Source: Hemiscyllium ocellatum (lineage: Eukaryota). From it: DNA of 64,000 nucleotides. The notes beneath the pieces were generated by a model, which had not been told where the DNA came from, ran no database searches, and saw only the letters and a list, made by a program, of their open reading frames with translations. Each line of letters starts with the position of its first letter. The stretch's first letter is position 1. The DNA is taken from positions 138,815,740-138,879,739 of the forward strand of contig NC_083401.1 in NCBI RefSeq assembly GCF_020745735.1, given 5' to 3'. Of this stretch, positions 37,913 through 52,025 are shown one piece after another. A program made the position numbers and the translations under genes.

Positions 37913-39905
37913 ATTTCTTGTAGTATTTCAGTCCTCCATCCTGATGTTTATGTCTGCATCATCTTCTTCCATTGTGAAGACCGACAGAAAGTATGCATTG
38001 AGAACTGCACCTACATCTTCTGGGTACACATACAGATTCCTCCAAAAACAGCATTGCTCTTGCATAGGCTCTTCCTCTTTATGTATTTTAAATAAATCTT
38101 TCTATTTTCCTTTACTCAACTAGCCAGTGCTTTTTCATGCTGTCTCTTAGATTTCTACTTTCTACACTTTTTATATGATCTTAGAGACTCTGCCATGCTG
38201 AGCACTCAGTATTCGCTGCCATTAAGCTTTGTTTTTATTTCTTTATATCCCTTGACAATCCAAGGTTTTCCAGCCTTGGTCACACCCGTTGTCTTTATGG
38301 GAGCATATTCGCCCTGTCCTTTCACAGCCTTCTCCTTGAATACCTTCCACTGCCCTGACCCATCACTTGGGCCAAATCATATATCAGAGTGAAATTAATC
38401 TTTGTCCCATAACTATACTAAAATGTTATAAACTGCAGTAAACTAAGCACTACTGTCACACTCTCTTCAAAATGTTTCCTGCTGATACACTTTCTACCTA
38501 TTGGGCTCATTCCAGCTGTCAGGTCAAGTACTTGTTGGACTTTCTACATTCTGTCTAAATCAGTTCTGTTTGCAATTTAATAATTTTGCTCCTTCTTTAC
38601 GTTGCACGTGAAAACTAGTTCAGTTAATATTAGGATAGTTAAAATCCCCACTGTTACTATCTTATTATTCTTACACTTCTCTGAAGTTTGATTCTGTATC
38701 TCTCTGTGACTGTTTGAGGGCCTAAAGTACATATCCAATTTTTTTTTTCTGTTTACAGCCATGTGGGTTCATTTGATAATTCTTCCAAGATATTATCTTT
38801 TTACAGACATCATTGATTCCTTGATCAATATTGTGACTCCTCACCCCGCTCACTTCCATTGCTCCCTGAATCTCATCTGAATGTCTTATAATTAGGAAAA
38901 TTGAGTTGCTAATGCCGTCCCTTTTAGAGCCAGTTGCCAGATATAACTATAGTTTCTAACCCCATTTAACCTCGCTGCCACCACTTCGAAGTCCCATGCA
39001 GATCCACCAACACTGTCTGATTCTGAGTGCTCACTTGGTGATGCTGACTGCCTGTCTCAGGGATTTTACCTCGTCCACTCCTTTTTGTGGTGAATATTGT
39101 AACTAAAATGACAAACTAACAGTTATGTCAACAATATTTTTGCTTCAATTTCTGCCTGATATGAGCATTAGGAATGCATTGTAAATCTGTCACATGAGCC
39201 TTGTATTATGATCCCAACTGATGGTACTACTCGGAAAGTCAGATCTCAGTGAGATGACTTGTACGTTTAATTTTTATAGTTGGCTGCTATGGCAGTCAGT
39301 CACTGAACTAAGTTACATAAGGCTGTCAGTGTACTATTAACAAAATAACGTGTTTGTTACATAAAAGCAAAGAAAACAAAGCTATATATTTGCAAGACAA
39401 TTGATAAAGATATTCTGAAAAGCAGATAGAAGAAAATTTCAACTCTTTTCCCAGCAATATATTTAATTCAAACCTAGTGAAATTTCGCTTTATCAACTGA
39501 CCAGGCTTGCGAACATTTCCTTCCAGCAACTTTTTGGATGTTCAACAGATGTACATCGAACAGCACAGTACAAGCCCTTTGGCCCTCGATGTTCTGCTGA
39601 CCTTTTATCAAACTAACCCACATACCCTTTCTTTTACCATCATCCATGTACCTATTCAAGAGTCACTTAAATGTCCCTAATGTATCTGACACTATTACCA
39701 CTGCTGGCAGTGCATTCCACGTACCCACCACTCTGTGTAAAGAACCTACCTCTGACATCGCCCCTAAACTTTCTTCCAATCACCTTAAAATTATGCCCCC
39801 TTTTGATAGCCACTTCTGCCCTGGGGAAAAATCTCTAACTATTCATTCTATCTATCCCTCTCATCATCTTGTACACCTCAATCAAGTCACCCCTCATCCT
39901 TCTTC

Positions 39906-40264
39906 CGTCTGGGAACCCTCCAGCCACAAGGGATGAACTCAGATTTCTCCAGTTTCCTCATTTCCCCTCCCCCCACCTTGTCTCAGTCGATTCCCTTGAA
40001 CTCAGCACTGCCCTCCTAACCTGCAATCCTCTTCCTGACCTCTCCTCCCCCACCCCACTCCGGCCTATCACCCTCACCTTAACCTCCTTCCACCTATCAC
40101 ATCTCCATCGCTCCTCCCCCAAGTCCCTCCTCCCTACCTTTTATCTTAGCCTGCCTGGCACCCTCTCCTCATTCCTGATGAAGGGCTCTGGCCTGAAACG
40201 TCGAATTTCCTGTTCCTTGGATGCTGCCTGACCTGCTGTGCTTTAACCAGCAACACATTTTCAG
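39906..40264 (+). mobile_element. Young truncated Penelope-like element
   Basis: Same family as 11663-12820; 15-bp duplication CCCTCATCCTTCTTC (39891-39905 / 40265-40279, partly microhomologous); hammerhead motif at 40171-40206. Confidence 0.93.
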
Positions 40265-41224
40265 CCCTCATCCTTCTTCACTCAAATGAGAAAAATCCTA
40301 GCTCCCTCAATCTTCATGCCCTCCAGTCCATGCAGGATCCTGGTAAATCTCTGCACCCCCTCTAAATCTTCCACATCCTTTCTATAATGAGGCGACCACA
40401 ACTGAACACAATATTCCAAGTGTGGTCTAACGAGGGCTCTGTAGAGCTGCAGCATAACCTCACGGCTTTTAAACTCAATCCCCCTACTATTCAAAGCCAA
40501 CACTAAACACTTTCTTAATAACCCTATCAACTTAGGTGACAAATTTGAGGGATCTATGGACTATCCACCAGTCCCTCACCCTTCGAGTCATTGGTAAACA
40601 TATTAACCCACACTTCCACTTCCTCATCCGAGTCTTTTATAAAAATCACAAAGAGCAGAGGACATAGAACAGATCCCTGCGGAAAATCACTAGTCACCAA
40701 GCTCCAGGCTGAATCTACTACCACCCCCTGTCTTCTATGGACTGGCAATTCTATATCAAGACAGCCAAATATCTCTGTGTCCCTTGCCTCCTTACTTTGT
40801 AAATGAGTCTGCTGTAGGAAACTTGATCAAATGCTTTGCTGAAATCCATGTACACCAATCCACTGTGCTACCTTCATCAATGTGTTTTGTCACATCCTCA
40901 AATAATTCAGTAAGGTTTGTGAGAGGCATGACCTGCCCCTCAACGCCATGCTGACAACCTCTAATCAACCTATGGTTTTCCAAGTAATCATAAATCCTGT
41001 CTCTTAGAATCCTCTCCAATAATTTGCCCACTACAGGTGTAAGATTGGCTGGTCTGTAATTCCCAGGATTATCCCTATTCCCTTTCTTGAGCAAGGAAGT
41101 AACAATTGTCACCCTCCAATCATCTGGCACTACTCCAGTGGAGAGTGGGGATACAAAGATCATCGCTAAAGGCATTGTAATCTCATCCCTTGCTTCCTAT
41201 AGTAACCTTGGGTATAACCCATCT

Positions 41225-41397
41225 AAAGTGTGGAGTGCTGGAAAAGCACAGCAGATCAGGCAGCAGACCCTTTGTCAGCCCCGCTTATGCCTGAGATGTC
41301 GATCCTCCTGCTCCTTGGATGCAGCCTGACCTGCTGTGCTTTTCTAGCACTACACTCTCGACCCTGAGCTCCAGCATCTGCAATCCTCACTTTCTCC
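41225..41397. mobile_element. Penelope pLTR hairpin insertion, older
   Basis: Opposed pLTR ends; degenerate TSD TATAACCCATCT 41213-41224 / TATAGTCCATCT 41398-41409. Confidence 0.75.
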
Positions 41398-43179
41398 TAT
41401 AGTCCATCTGGCCGACGGGACTTATCTATCCTTATGTTTTTCAAAATTTTCAGCACATCCTTTTTAACATTAACCTGTTTGCATATCAGCCTGTTACACG
41501 CTGTCCTCACAAACATCAAGGTCCCCTTCAGTAGTGAATATTGAAGCTAAGTATTTATTAAGGACTTCTCCTACCACCACTGACTCTAGGCACAAGTTCC
41601 TTCCACTATTCTTGTTCAGTCCTACCCTTGCTCTGGCCATCCTCTCGTTCCTCAGGTAAGTGTAGAATGCCTTAGGGTTTCTTAATCTTACTCGCTAAAG
41701 CTTTTTCATACCCCTTTCTAGCTCTCCTAATTCCATTCTTCAGTTCCAGCCTGGGACCTTGTAACCTTCCAGACCCTGTCTGGTCCTTATCTCGTCAACC
41801 TTAAGTTAGCTTCCTTCTTCCTCTTGACTGGATGTTCTACATCCCTTGTCATCCACGGTTTCTTCACCCTACCATCTCCTCCTTGCCTCAGTGGGACAAT
41901 CCTATCCAGCGCTGTCAGCAAGTGCTCCCTAAACAACTCCACGTTTCTGTCATGCATTTCCCTGAGAACATTTGTTCCCAAATTAGGTGCCCCTGTTCCT
42001 GCCTAATAGCATTGTAATTCCCCCTCCCCCTGTTAAATACTTTCCCATACTGTCTGCTCCTATCACACTTCATGACTGTAGTAAAAGTCAGGGAGTTGTG
42101 ATCACTATCACCGAAATGCTCTCCCACCAAGAGATCTGACACCTGGCCTACTTCATTGCCAAGCATCAAATCCAGTTTGGCCTCCCCTCTCATCAGCCTA
42201 TCTACATATTGGTGTCAGGAACCCTTCCTGGACACACCTGACAAAAACTACTCCACTCAGACTATTTGAACTAAGGAGATTCTAATCAATGTTAGGGAAG
42301 TTAAAGTCACCCATGGCAACAACCCTGTTTTACGATGTGATTTTCTTAGCTATTGTCTTCAAGATACATGGACGTCAGCTACTTGACTGGCTTTTCTTAA
42401 CTGAACTTAAGAAAAGCCATGCCAACTTAAATTGCTCAGACTTCTTTCAAGTTCTGAAAGTCTGGGCTGCCACAATTAAACTGCCCTTTGCTGATATGAA
42501 ACTGTTCTTCTCAACTGAAATCTCTGGGTCTGTCTTTTCCTAATTCTAAAAAAAATTCAACTAAGCAAATATTTCATTAAGAACTGACTACCTACTTTAG
42601 TTAATTATCTTAAGTTGCATGCTTTCTTCATAATTGTTTCAGCTCTTTTTTTTCAAGAATGACTTTCTCATCTTTATTAAGAGATCACCATCGAAGAGCC
42701 ATCAAACATATTTGATCTCTTTAAAATTCAAGCTCCCATAGAAAATTATTATAGTAAATTCCACATTATATCTCTCCACCCAACTCAGCACCCCCCCCCC
42801 CACCCAAAGAAATGTGGACATTTCTTTTCATAGATGTTTTCATTTTTCATGTTGATACTAATAAGATATTTAAATTAAATGCAACAGTTTTCATAATCAA
42901 ATTTTGATCCTGGCAGTTGTTTCCTTAAATTTTATTCTGGAACTGGTATCCATCATAATGTTTGCTTTTCCTGTTCCATGAGTGATTTTTAGATTGTATT
43001 GTTGTATCAGTAAACTTTAACAAAATAGCCTTAAATTCGTATATGGAATACAAAGCCAGATCAAAGATGTTTTTACCACTGTTGAATATTTGTGTTGACA
43101 CATTTAATTTCTTACAAAATTAACTGTGTTCAATTCTCATCATGTTTTCCTGTTGCAACATTACACAAACAAAGAAATG

Positions 43180-43595
43180 TAGAAAATAGGTACAGGAGTA
43201 GGTTGTTTGAGCCTGCACCACTGTTCAATATGATCATGGTTGATTGTGCAATTTCAGTATCCCATTCCCGCTTTCTCTCATACCCCCGATCCCTTTAGCC
43301 GTAAGGGCCATGACCAGCTCCCTCTTGAATATATCTGATGAACTGTCTCCAACAACTTTCTATGATAGAGAATTCCATAGGCTCCCAACTCTCCGGGTGA
43401 AGGAATTCTCCCTCATTTCAGTCCTGAATCGCTTACCCCTTAGACTGTGACCCCTCATTCTGGACTTCCCCAACATTGGGAACATTCTTCTCCCATCTAG
43501 CCTGTACAATACCATTAGGATTTTATATGCTTCTCTAAGATCTTTTTCCCCCACTCCACCCCAACTCTTCGAAGTTCCAGTGAGTACAAACCCAG
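43180..43595 (-). mobile_element. CR1 LINE 3' end
   Basis: DLREAYKIL…RMFPMLGKSRMRGHSL…FRTEMRENSFTRRVGSLWNSL. Confidence 0.88.
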
Positions 43596-45222
43596 TTAAA
43601 ACACTGGTGGCATCCAGCTTAATTGCCGCCTTATTATAAGATGTTACCAATACTGATGGATTGACTGTTCCATACTTTGTTGTCAAAATTTTGTTTTGTA
43701 AGTTAGAATTCCTTGTCTCTCTCCAATAAACCTGTTAAAGCAGTCACTACTATGCTGACATTCAGGATGAACGTGCAATTAAATCCTCTAATGTCAATAC
43801 ATTGCAGAATTTTGCATTTTGTCTTTGGCATGGGGAAATCACGAGATCACCTTGTTGTTGCTTCTCTAGACGCTGCTTTGCCTTGCTACACTGTGTGGCT
43901 CAAGAATGTAACTTCGGCTTTTGTAGTCAAATTTGTGCCTCAACTGGTCTTGTATAACTGATTGAATAGTTCATTCAAATAATGTAAATGTTCTTCTTGG
44001 GGTTGGCTGAATGCAAATCGTCAATATAAGCAACACAATGAGTAATTCTTCATGAACCTTGTTAGTTAAATCTTGAAAATTTGATTCTCTTTAACAATAA
44101 TTGAGGAAGAATTTCCTGACTGTCCTGAGCCATCTCTCCCTTCTTAAGAGGTTCTGAGGTAATGTACACCACCTATATTACTGCTATATTTTCAATATGC
44201 ATTTATCTTCCCGATGCACCCTTCTCTGAGGATGTCTTAGTCATTCCTGTTATTGCAGTAGGTCCCCCATTCAACTGTAAAGCTAATTGCTGTAAATATC
44301 CAATCTTATTACAATACAAGCATATTATTTTCTAAATCTTACATTTAGGTTCTAGCCTTTCTCCTTAATTATTATGTTTTCACCCTGAAATAAATTACTA
44401 TTTCCATTCTTACATTTTCTAATCCTCTATTTTTTTGTGTGTGGATTCCCATATGTTCATTCCTCACACATCACTGATCGTGTGGAATATCAAAAGTACC
44501 TGACAGAACTGTGGCTTCCTAGTTCTTTGATAATTAACACTCATCTAAAAATTTGCTATACATGTCTGATCTAGTTTTCTTTCTAAAAGTCCTAAATTTT
44601 AATTGCTAAGCTTCAGGAACAAGCTCATAAACATTGAGTATTGCTCTTTTAACAGTTTATTAGTCCACAAATCGCTTTTCTTACACAACGGTGTATGCAT
44701 TTATGACTGCACCTGTCAAGACACTGTAATAGTAAATCCAAACATACACATTCACAGACGACTTTTGAAATGAGAGGAAATATCTTTCAACACAATCCTC
44801 TTTAAATTTAGGCATCAAATTCAGATGACTTACTTTGCCTTAATTTGTGTTAATTCCATGAGTAATGTCACGTTAATAGGACCTAAAAGCTGCCTCCTCT
44901 CATCAAATGTGGATTGCCTTCATTCGTAAATTACTTATCTCTAGTTTTTTTTTAAAAAAACAGATGATCGAGTCAATGTTAGCAGAGATTTTAAAGTTTT
45001 GTGTATTTGGACATCTTCCATATATATACCTAATGTAATTAGATTTGTTACTGTTGTTGATCTGTGTTAATTTTGATGCAATTTACTAACAACTGTTAAA
45101 AGCAGAATATTTATTTTGTGGCATTTAGCGGCCATCAAGCATTAATTTCACTGTTAATGTTCTGAAAATATTGTAAATTTTAAAACGTTGGAGGCTTCAT
45201 GTCTTATTTTTGTAATAATTAG

Positions 45223-45507
45223 GTTCTTCTCAAGCACATCCATCAAGTACGCCATCGCTATCTGGACCACCAATCCAGACTTCATTCCAAGGGTCTGAAT
45301 CACAACAACTTTTACCTCCCATTGCATCTTCTAAATCTCAAGGACTGCCTGTTCCTCCTGGTGTCCCATCAGCTACAGTGCCTCCTGGAATGCTTCCACC
45401 TTCTCCTGTAGGTATGCCTGTTGGCCATGCTGGACCCAGTCATGGCAATGCTGGCTATCAGCAGGTTTCAGGTCAGCCTCCCATGACTGCGTACTTACCA
45501 CAGCCTG
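45223..45507 (+). CDS. SEC24D: SEC24D coding exon 4 (Pro/Ser/Gly-rich; not in the ORF track)
   Basis: Acceptor …AATTAG, 285 nt open (GSSQAHPSSTPSLSGPP…GYQQVSGQPPMTAYLPQPG), donor G|GTAAGT; phase 1 to 1. Confidence 0.88.
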
Positions 45508-47544
45508 GTAAGTACTTGCCTTTTGATAACTTAAAAATATTCCTTTTTACTTGATTATCTTGATGGTCATCTCAAGTTTCTGCTGTCTTGAATTCAGCCC
45601 AAATCGTACAGCCTTTTTTTTAAAAGATCATATGCTGTGCAGATAATTATATTCAGATGTTACTATAGTATTTCAATCAATCAAACTTATATAGCTCAGC
45701 TCTGCAAAGAATGTATTCACATTTTAATCAGAAATGTTATCCAGTACCATAGTTGGCTGGTGTAAATGTAGACTGCATTGTCAGAAAATTGCCAAGACAC
45801 ATTATACTGAAAGAAAAAATTGTAGTTCTGTATCATTTATCAAAATAATTTTAGACCAAATGATTACTTCTGAAGTGACTAATTACAGTCAGTTACAGAC
45901 ACAGCTCTGTTTAAAAAGTAGTACAAATGAAGATTGATCAGCTTCTCTTGCTTTAGAGTTGTTGGTTGCCAGTGTAGAAAAGAAATTGACTCAACAGGCT
46001 TCACCTGATATAAGGCAAATCAGAGTTTTAATACTTAATTAAATAAATCTTCGAACGCTCAGCATATGGAGCGTAGACAATGAATATTTATTTTGGATTT
46101 ATCACTGGTAACTATTATTTTGCACATTTACAGATTGAGAGTGATTGGAATTTTGCAGGGGTTCTGAACTCCCTCACTATAACTTTGGTAGATAATTGGC
46201 AAAAACCAAAGTCAGTTTTTACTCTTGTGATTTTTTTAGGCTAACTTTCACTGAAATTATATCAGGAAATCGGAGAAACTTGCTTAAATTCTGCTCCCAT
46301 ATGTTGCATCAAATCTTAACTGTCAAGACATAGTAGATCAGGATTAAGGATCTGTTTAATGTTGCTACAGGAGAACCATGTGGCAGAATGAGCAGCATAT
46401 GTTGTCATTGATGTACTGACAGCCATACATCGATTCACTGGAATGAAAGGCTGTTTTACCTCACTCACACGTAGTTTATACATTTTCACATTAGAAAAGA
46501 ATTACAGCAAAATCACCACTACTGGTAATAATGCTTCAGTAAATTGCAGGTTGTTTCATGGGAAATAGACTTGGAGATTAAATTTAAGAAAACATTGAAT
46601 GAAGTTTAAAATTGTGCTAATATAGTTACTTAAAGTTATTGTAACTTTTCCTTAATCAGCTGTAATTGCGATTAATTTATGACATAGGTCACTGCCTTCA
46701 TGGTAAATGTGCCTGAGCAGAAAACCAAGATTTGGGGTTCAGGCATTGAATTGGAGAGTGCAGCAGGGAGCCCAAGAGTTCAGGATACTGGACAAAAGGA
46801 GAATCCACACCCACCTTTCTGCAGCTCGTGTAAAATGAGCTTAAGAGTCCAATACTGTATACATACTGGTGAATAGATGAATGAGTGAATGGCAGGATGC
46901 TGGTGGGTGAAGTAATTGAGTTGGCTGGCAGCTGGCTGGATGGCACTTGGGTAGAGATGGTGACTTAGCATATTTTTTATTCAATGTTTCTTAAATTTGA
47001 TTTTCAAGTCGATTTCCCACAGCATAATGTGATTTATTAAAACACCATTATGAATCGTGGATAGTAACACAGCAAGTATTAGACTGAAACAGTTGTGGTT
47101 AAGTACACAACTGACCACCAAATCACTCTTTCACTCAACTCCCCTGATATTTTCTAAGGATTTATAAGGAAATTTTGTTGGGTTGAAAAAAAAATTGGTT
47201 ATAACTATAAAATTTTGGAATCATTGGAGCTGAAAACGTTGAAACCTGTGTCTGGGATGTCAAATATGTCAGGGTATGTAACTGCTTTATATTGTCCTGT
47301 GTGACGGAACTTACAGCATTTGATAGGCCAGGGAAGGATGGATCCCTTTCTCTCAAAATGTAACTACACGTGAGTTTCTTCCATAAAATGAAGCTTCAAT
47401 ATTGAGGAACATTATATTGCAATATAGTCAATCCATCATAGCTGTTTTGAGAAAAAGTACTAGCTTCTGACCAGACTTAAGCAATCAGTCTATATAAATT
47501 ATTATGTGTTGTAATCTGTTATACTGATGTGTAATAGTCAGTAA

Positions 47545-47878
47545 ATCATAGAATCCCTATAGGGTGGAATCAGGCCAGTCGACCCATCGAGTACATACTA
47601 ATCCTCAGAAGCGCATCCCACCCACCCCAACCCTCTCCCTGTTTTCCATGGTTAGTTTTCTTAGCCTGCACATTCCTGAACATTATGGGCAATTTAGGAT
47701 GGCCAATCCACCTAATGTGCACATCTCTGGGCTGTGGGAGAAAACCAGAGGACGTGGCGGCAACCCACGCAGACATGAGGAGAATGTGTAAACTCCACAC
47801 AACAGCTACCCAAGGGTGGAATCGAATACAGACTCCTTGGTGCTGCAAGGCAACAGTGCTAACCACTGTGTTGCCCCA
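47545..47878 (-). mobile_element. HE1-type tRNA SINE
   Basis: Reverse complement of the HE1 head, core and tail. Confidence 0.85.
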
Positions 47879-48176
47879 ATACTAAGAATATTATTGCTGC
47901 TCTTAATTGGATGTAGCTTGCTCAACAAGTAAATTGCAGACAAAATGGAAACAATTTTATATATTTTTATCGTTAGTGTGGATCAGAAAATTCTTCAAGA
48001 TCAACATTTTTGAATTAAAGTTGAAAATTTCTAAGCTTAACTGTTGGCTGTTATTTAAAATAAATGCTGTTTTCCTGAAGTATCAAATAACAACAGTTAA
48101 TAGATTTTATGTAATTGAATACATGCAAACTAGAGCAATGAGTTGTTGTTTCAGTATTTATGGTTCTTCTTTCTAG

Positions 48177-48310
48177 GAGGGATGTACGGAGGACAGCAAA
48201 GAGGCCTTCAGCCAAATTATCCTGGTGCCTATCCAGGGGCTCCAGTGACCGGTGCACAGCTTGCTGGGCCTCAACAGAAGAAACTTGATCCTGACTCTAT
48301 CCCTAGTCCA
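48177..48310 (+). CDS. SEC24D: SEC24D coding exon 5
   Basis: Acceptor TTCTTCTTTCTAG, …NYPGAYPG…[18 protein letters not shown] (SEC24C/D motif), donor CCA|GTAAGT; phase 1 to 0. Confidence 0.96.
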
Positions 48311-48644
48311 GTAAGTACAATAAACAGCACACATGATCAACTATTATCTCAACTTTGTTTTGTTTGGACTGTATTTGGAAACTTGTGTAACTTCATTATA
48401 ATTCCTTGTGTCATTGTCGACTAGCCACTTATTTGACGTGGACTTCAAGAAGCATTTTAAATGCATCAGTAGTGTTGGAAAAATGCTTCTTTTATTATAG
48501 ACGAAAGTATTTGGGTAGCATTTTTTTCAAATTAATCATCTGTTTTGGTAATATGATACATTGTAAGTATTTTCATTCCAAAGTTCATTTCCCCTCACTT
48601 TCAGACTTCTACATTGTACAGCTGCCATCAACTATCAATAACAA

Positions 48645-49675
48645 GATAAGCAAAGAACTGTGGAATGCTGGAAATCAAAAACAAAAACAGAATTTGCTGG
48701 AAAATCTCCAGTCTGACAGCATCTGTGGAGAGAAAGCAGCATTAACATTTTGGGTCCAGTGAGCTGCCTTCAGTACTGATTGTAGCTAGGAAAAGATTGG
48801 TGTATATGAAGGTGGGGTGGGGGTGAAGAGGCGAGGAGTAACAGTAGGTGGAGATGGAGCCAAGAGAGAGAGAGAGAGAGATCAACAATGGGATGGACAA
48901 ATAATTGGTAACGATCAGCCTGGGAGAATGAAGAGCCACGAATGATGATCATTAATAGTTGATAGTGGGTTGGTTCTGGTAGCAGCTGTGATGACAAAGC
49001 TAGGTTTGGGGTAAGGACATGGGAGAAGGTGCTCGGGCCCTAAACTTTTGAACTCTATTAAGTCTGAAGACTACAGGGTCCCCAAGCCAAAGATGCTGTT
49101 CTTCTAAATTGCCCTGATCTTTGCTGGATCATTATAGCAATCCTGAGACAATGTTGTTGGCCAGAGAACAGGGTAGTGTGTTGAAGTGGCAGGCTATAGG
49201 AAGCTCATGATAATTTTTGCAGACAGAACATAGGTGCTCCACAAAGCTCTTTCCCAGTCTGCATTTCATCTCGCCAATGTAAAGGAGATCACATTGTTAG
49301 TTGCAAATATGCTCGATTGAGTCATGTGCCTGAAAGATGTGTGGGGCTCTTAGATAGAGAGGAGGGAGGAAGTAAATGGGCAATTGTCACACGTTCTAGA
49401 CTTGCAAGTGAAGGTACCATGGGGTATGGGAAGGTATTGTGAGTAGAGGAGGAGTGAACCCAAGTGTTCAGGAGGGAACAGTTCCTGTGAAGGGCTGTCA
49501 AGGGAGAGGAGTGAATTGCACATCTGGTGCTGATCTTCAGCATTTATTCAGCAATCTTTTCTGAGCTCCAATCAGTTTTGAAGAAGGGTCACAGGACCTG
49601 AAACATTAACTCTGCTTTCTCTCCACAGATGTTGCTAGGGCTGCTGAGTTTTCCCAGCAATTTCTGTTTTTGTTT
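48645..49675 (-). mobile_element. Older Penelope-like element with inverted pLTR
   Basis: GIY-YIG-region remnant on the minus strand, bounded by opposed pLTR ends (about 48645-48770 and 49570-49675). Confidence 0.7.
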
Positions 49676-51428
49676 AACAATCCTAAGAATTTGCAGCACC
49701 AGATATAAACTGGAAGTGGCCAAATTGGGGGAAGATTCTGTGTTTGTGTGATGAGTTTCTCTCAATCCATATTCAGTGTGGATAATATTTCAGGCATTTC
49801 CTATAGTTCAATTTGACAATATTTCCATAACTAGAATTAGACACACTGTAGAGGCACTGTTAAGTGTTTACAATGTCTATTTGAAATGTGTACTTTATTC
49901 CAACAAATCCAATTTAATCAGCCAACACTTGTACCTGTAGTCTCCATGTCAAGATTATGAATCATCCAAAGGATTAGCAGTTCAGTAACTTCCTATTACA
50001 CTGTATTCTTTTGATAGTTATCATTCCAAAGACCAGACATAATTCAGTTCCACTTAAATTATTCTGTTTTGTTTTAGACCTCACCTTTTCAACTTGGAAT
50101 TCGATAAAGTTGAATTGCTTTTTATTTATACTCAAAAGTCCATTTTTTTGCGGACATACTTGGTTGGAATAGTACCCACAAGAAAAAGGCATTAAATATA
50201 GTGTGAATAAGGAGAGGGAAAATATTCATGTAAACCTGTAAAGACTTTATATTGAAAATATAAATTTTCTAACTGAAGTTACCTGCCTCCAGTTGTCTGC
50301 TATCTTTTGATCTACTATAAATAGAATACCATGCAACTTTAATTTGTGGCAAAATATCTTAGATGGCACTATTAAATTAAAGTACTAGAAGAAATTAGTG
50401 AATAATTAAGATTTATAACTTCCTTATTTCTAATATTTCTAAAGTACGTTCTTGAAAGTTAAAATGCTTGACTGTGCATCTGGAAAATGCTGTTTTTGTT
50501 CACTGGCAAGTGGTGGGACTGGTATCTGAAACTGTCAGTTCAAGAATAGTATGGGTTAGAGTAAAAATCCAGTTACTTTACTATCACTAGATCAGAGGAA
50601 CATCCCCTACAAAACATGTGCAAATTTGAGAGAGTTTTCACATCAGTCTCTACTGTCAGCCTGTCTAAAGTTGCCATTTTTATGGCATCAGACACATGAG
50701 GGCAGAGTTTCCACCTTAATTGAACCTCCCCATTAGATCTGATCCAAACCTGTGGTACCTGAAATCCCCTGCCCTCATCACCTGTCCTCCCCTCCCCACC
50801 TGCCAAACCTGACCATCCCTCCTATTTTATCCTGTGCCAACCCTGACACTTCCACCTAGCTACGGTATATCCCTCACAATTCAACATTGAGTTTAACAAT
50901 TTCAGATTGTGAACACCTTCCTGCATGTTCACTACTCACCCGCAAGTTCTGCTCTTATTGGTTGCTACCAGCACAGCAAACTCATTTTCCACTATTCACA
51001 GTTCCCGTTTGCATCACTACTACTTTCCCAGCTTCCTATCAACTATCCCTTTGTCTGCTTCCCTTTTTGTCTCTCTGGGCACTGTCTATTTATTTAGTTA
51101 TTCAGTTCTTCCCACTCCCCCGTCATCAACATCAGTTCTGACCAAGGGTCACGACTCAAAACATCAACTCTGTTTTGCTATTCACAATTGCTGCCTTGTC
51201 TGCTGAATTTCTCCTTTTTTCATTTAAGATCTCCAACATCTGCTGTTCTTTGTTTATTTCCCACCCTGTTATATATTTGATGATTTGCAAGTCTTGAGCA
51301 TTAAATTAGATGAGAGAAGTACTTTTCATCATAAGTTGGGAACAAACAAACATAGAAATTCGGAGCAGAATTTGGTCATTCAGCCTCTCGAGGCTGCTCC
51401 ATCATTTAGGAAGACCATGGTTGACCAT

Positions 51429-52025
51429 TGTCACAAACCGATCCTTTTTTTAGAAGTGTTCCTTGGCTCAAGGCTATTCGGTCATCGATTTTTTTTCAGA
51501 GGGCTCTGATCGGACTGGTTTGGTACAGAGATGAGAGAGGTTTTGAGAGTCTTTTTTTAAATATGTAAATAGATAAGACTTCAGGCCAAAGTGATATTGT
51601 TTTAGAAGAGACCTGTAAAATGAAAGGGGAATGGTCAGCTCTCTAGCTGAGCAGTTTAGTTCAGTCCAGAACTGGTTGGGAGTTCAACAGTGAGCTGTGT
51701 GGAAACTCTCTCTCTTCTGCCCTTCTAACTTCAACCTGTAAGCATCTGACCTTTTTTTATATTGTGTTTTAAAGGGGATTTGCTTATTAGGACTGTTATG
51801 TATATTCTGAACAGCATACTTAAGTCTAGTTTGGATAGACTGAGTTCTGTAGGGGTCCTTTATTCTGTTCTTTGTGTTTCATTGTGCAATTTTGTGAGTT
51901 TTTTTTGTCTCTCACTAACTTAATCTGGGTAATTTTCACAGTACCTTTATCAAAACAAATTGCAAAGTTATGGTCTGAGCTGCCTGTTTAATAATGTTTT
52001 GTGTGGTCTAGCCTAGTCCACAACA
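51429..52025 (+). mobile_element. Solo LTR (Gypsy-like)
   Basis: TGTCACA…CAACA termini with perfect 4-bp TSD CCAT (51425-51428 / 52026-52029). Confidence 0.85.

Larger units (their letters stand above)
35960..38900 (-). mobile_element. Long decayed CR1 LINE
   Basis: Minus frames with CR1 motifs (TRRYRFKI…AWNSLTERVVE; YFRPSNS…IVTVG); interrupted by a SINE and a microsatellite. Confidence 0.7.
39550..42325 (-). mobile_element. CR1 LINE (endonuclease to 3' UTR) with two nested Penelope insertions
   Basis: LDLMLGNEVGQVSDLLVGEHFGDSDHNSL; VPDDWRVTIVTSLLKKGNRDNPGNYRP; PQGSVLCPLLFVIFI; LVRPHLEYCVQLWSPHYRKD. Confidence 0.92.
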
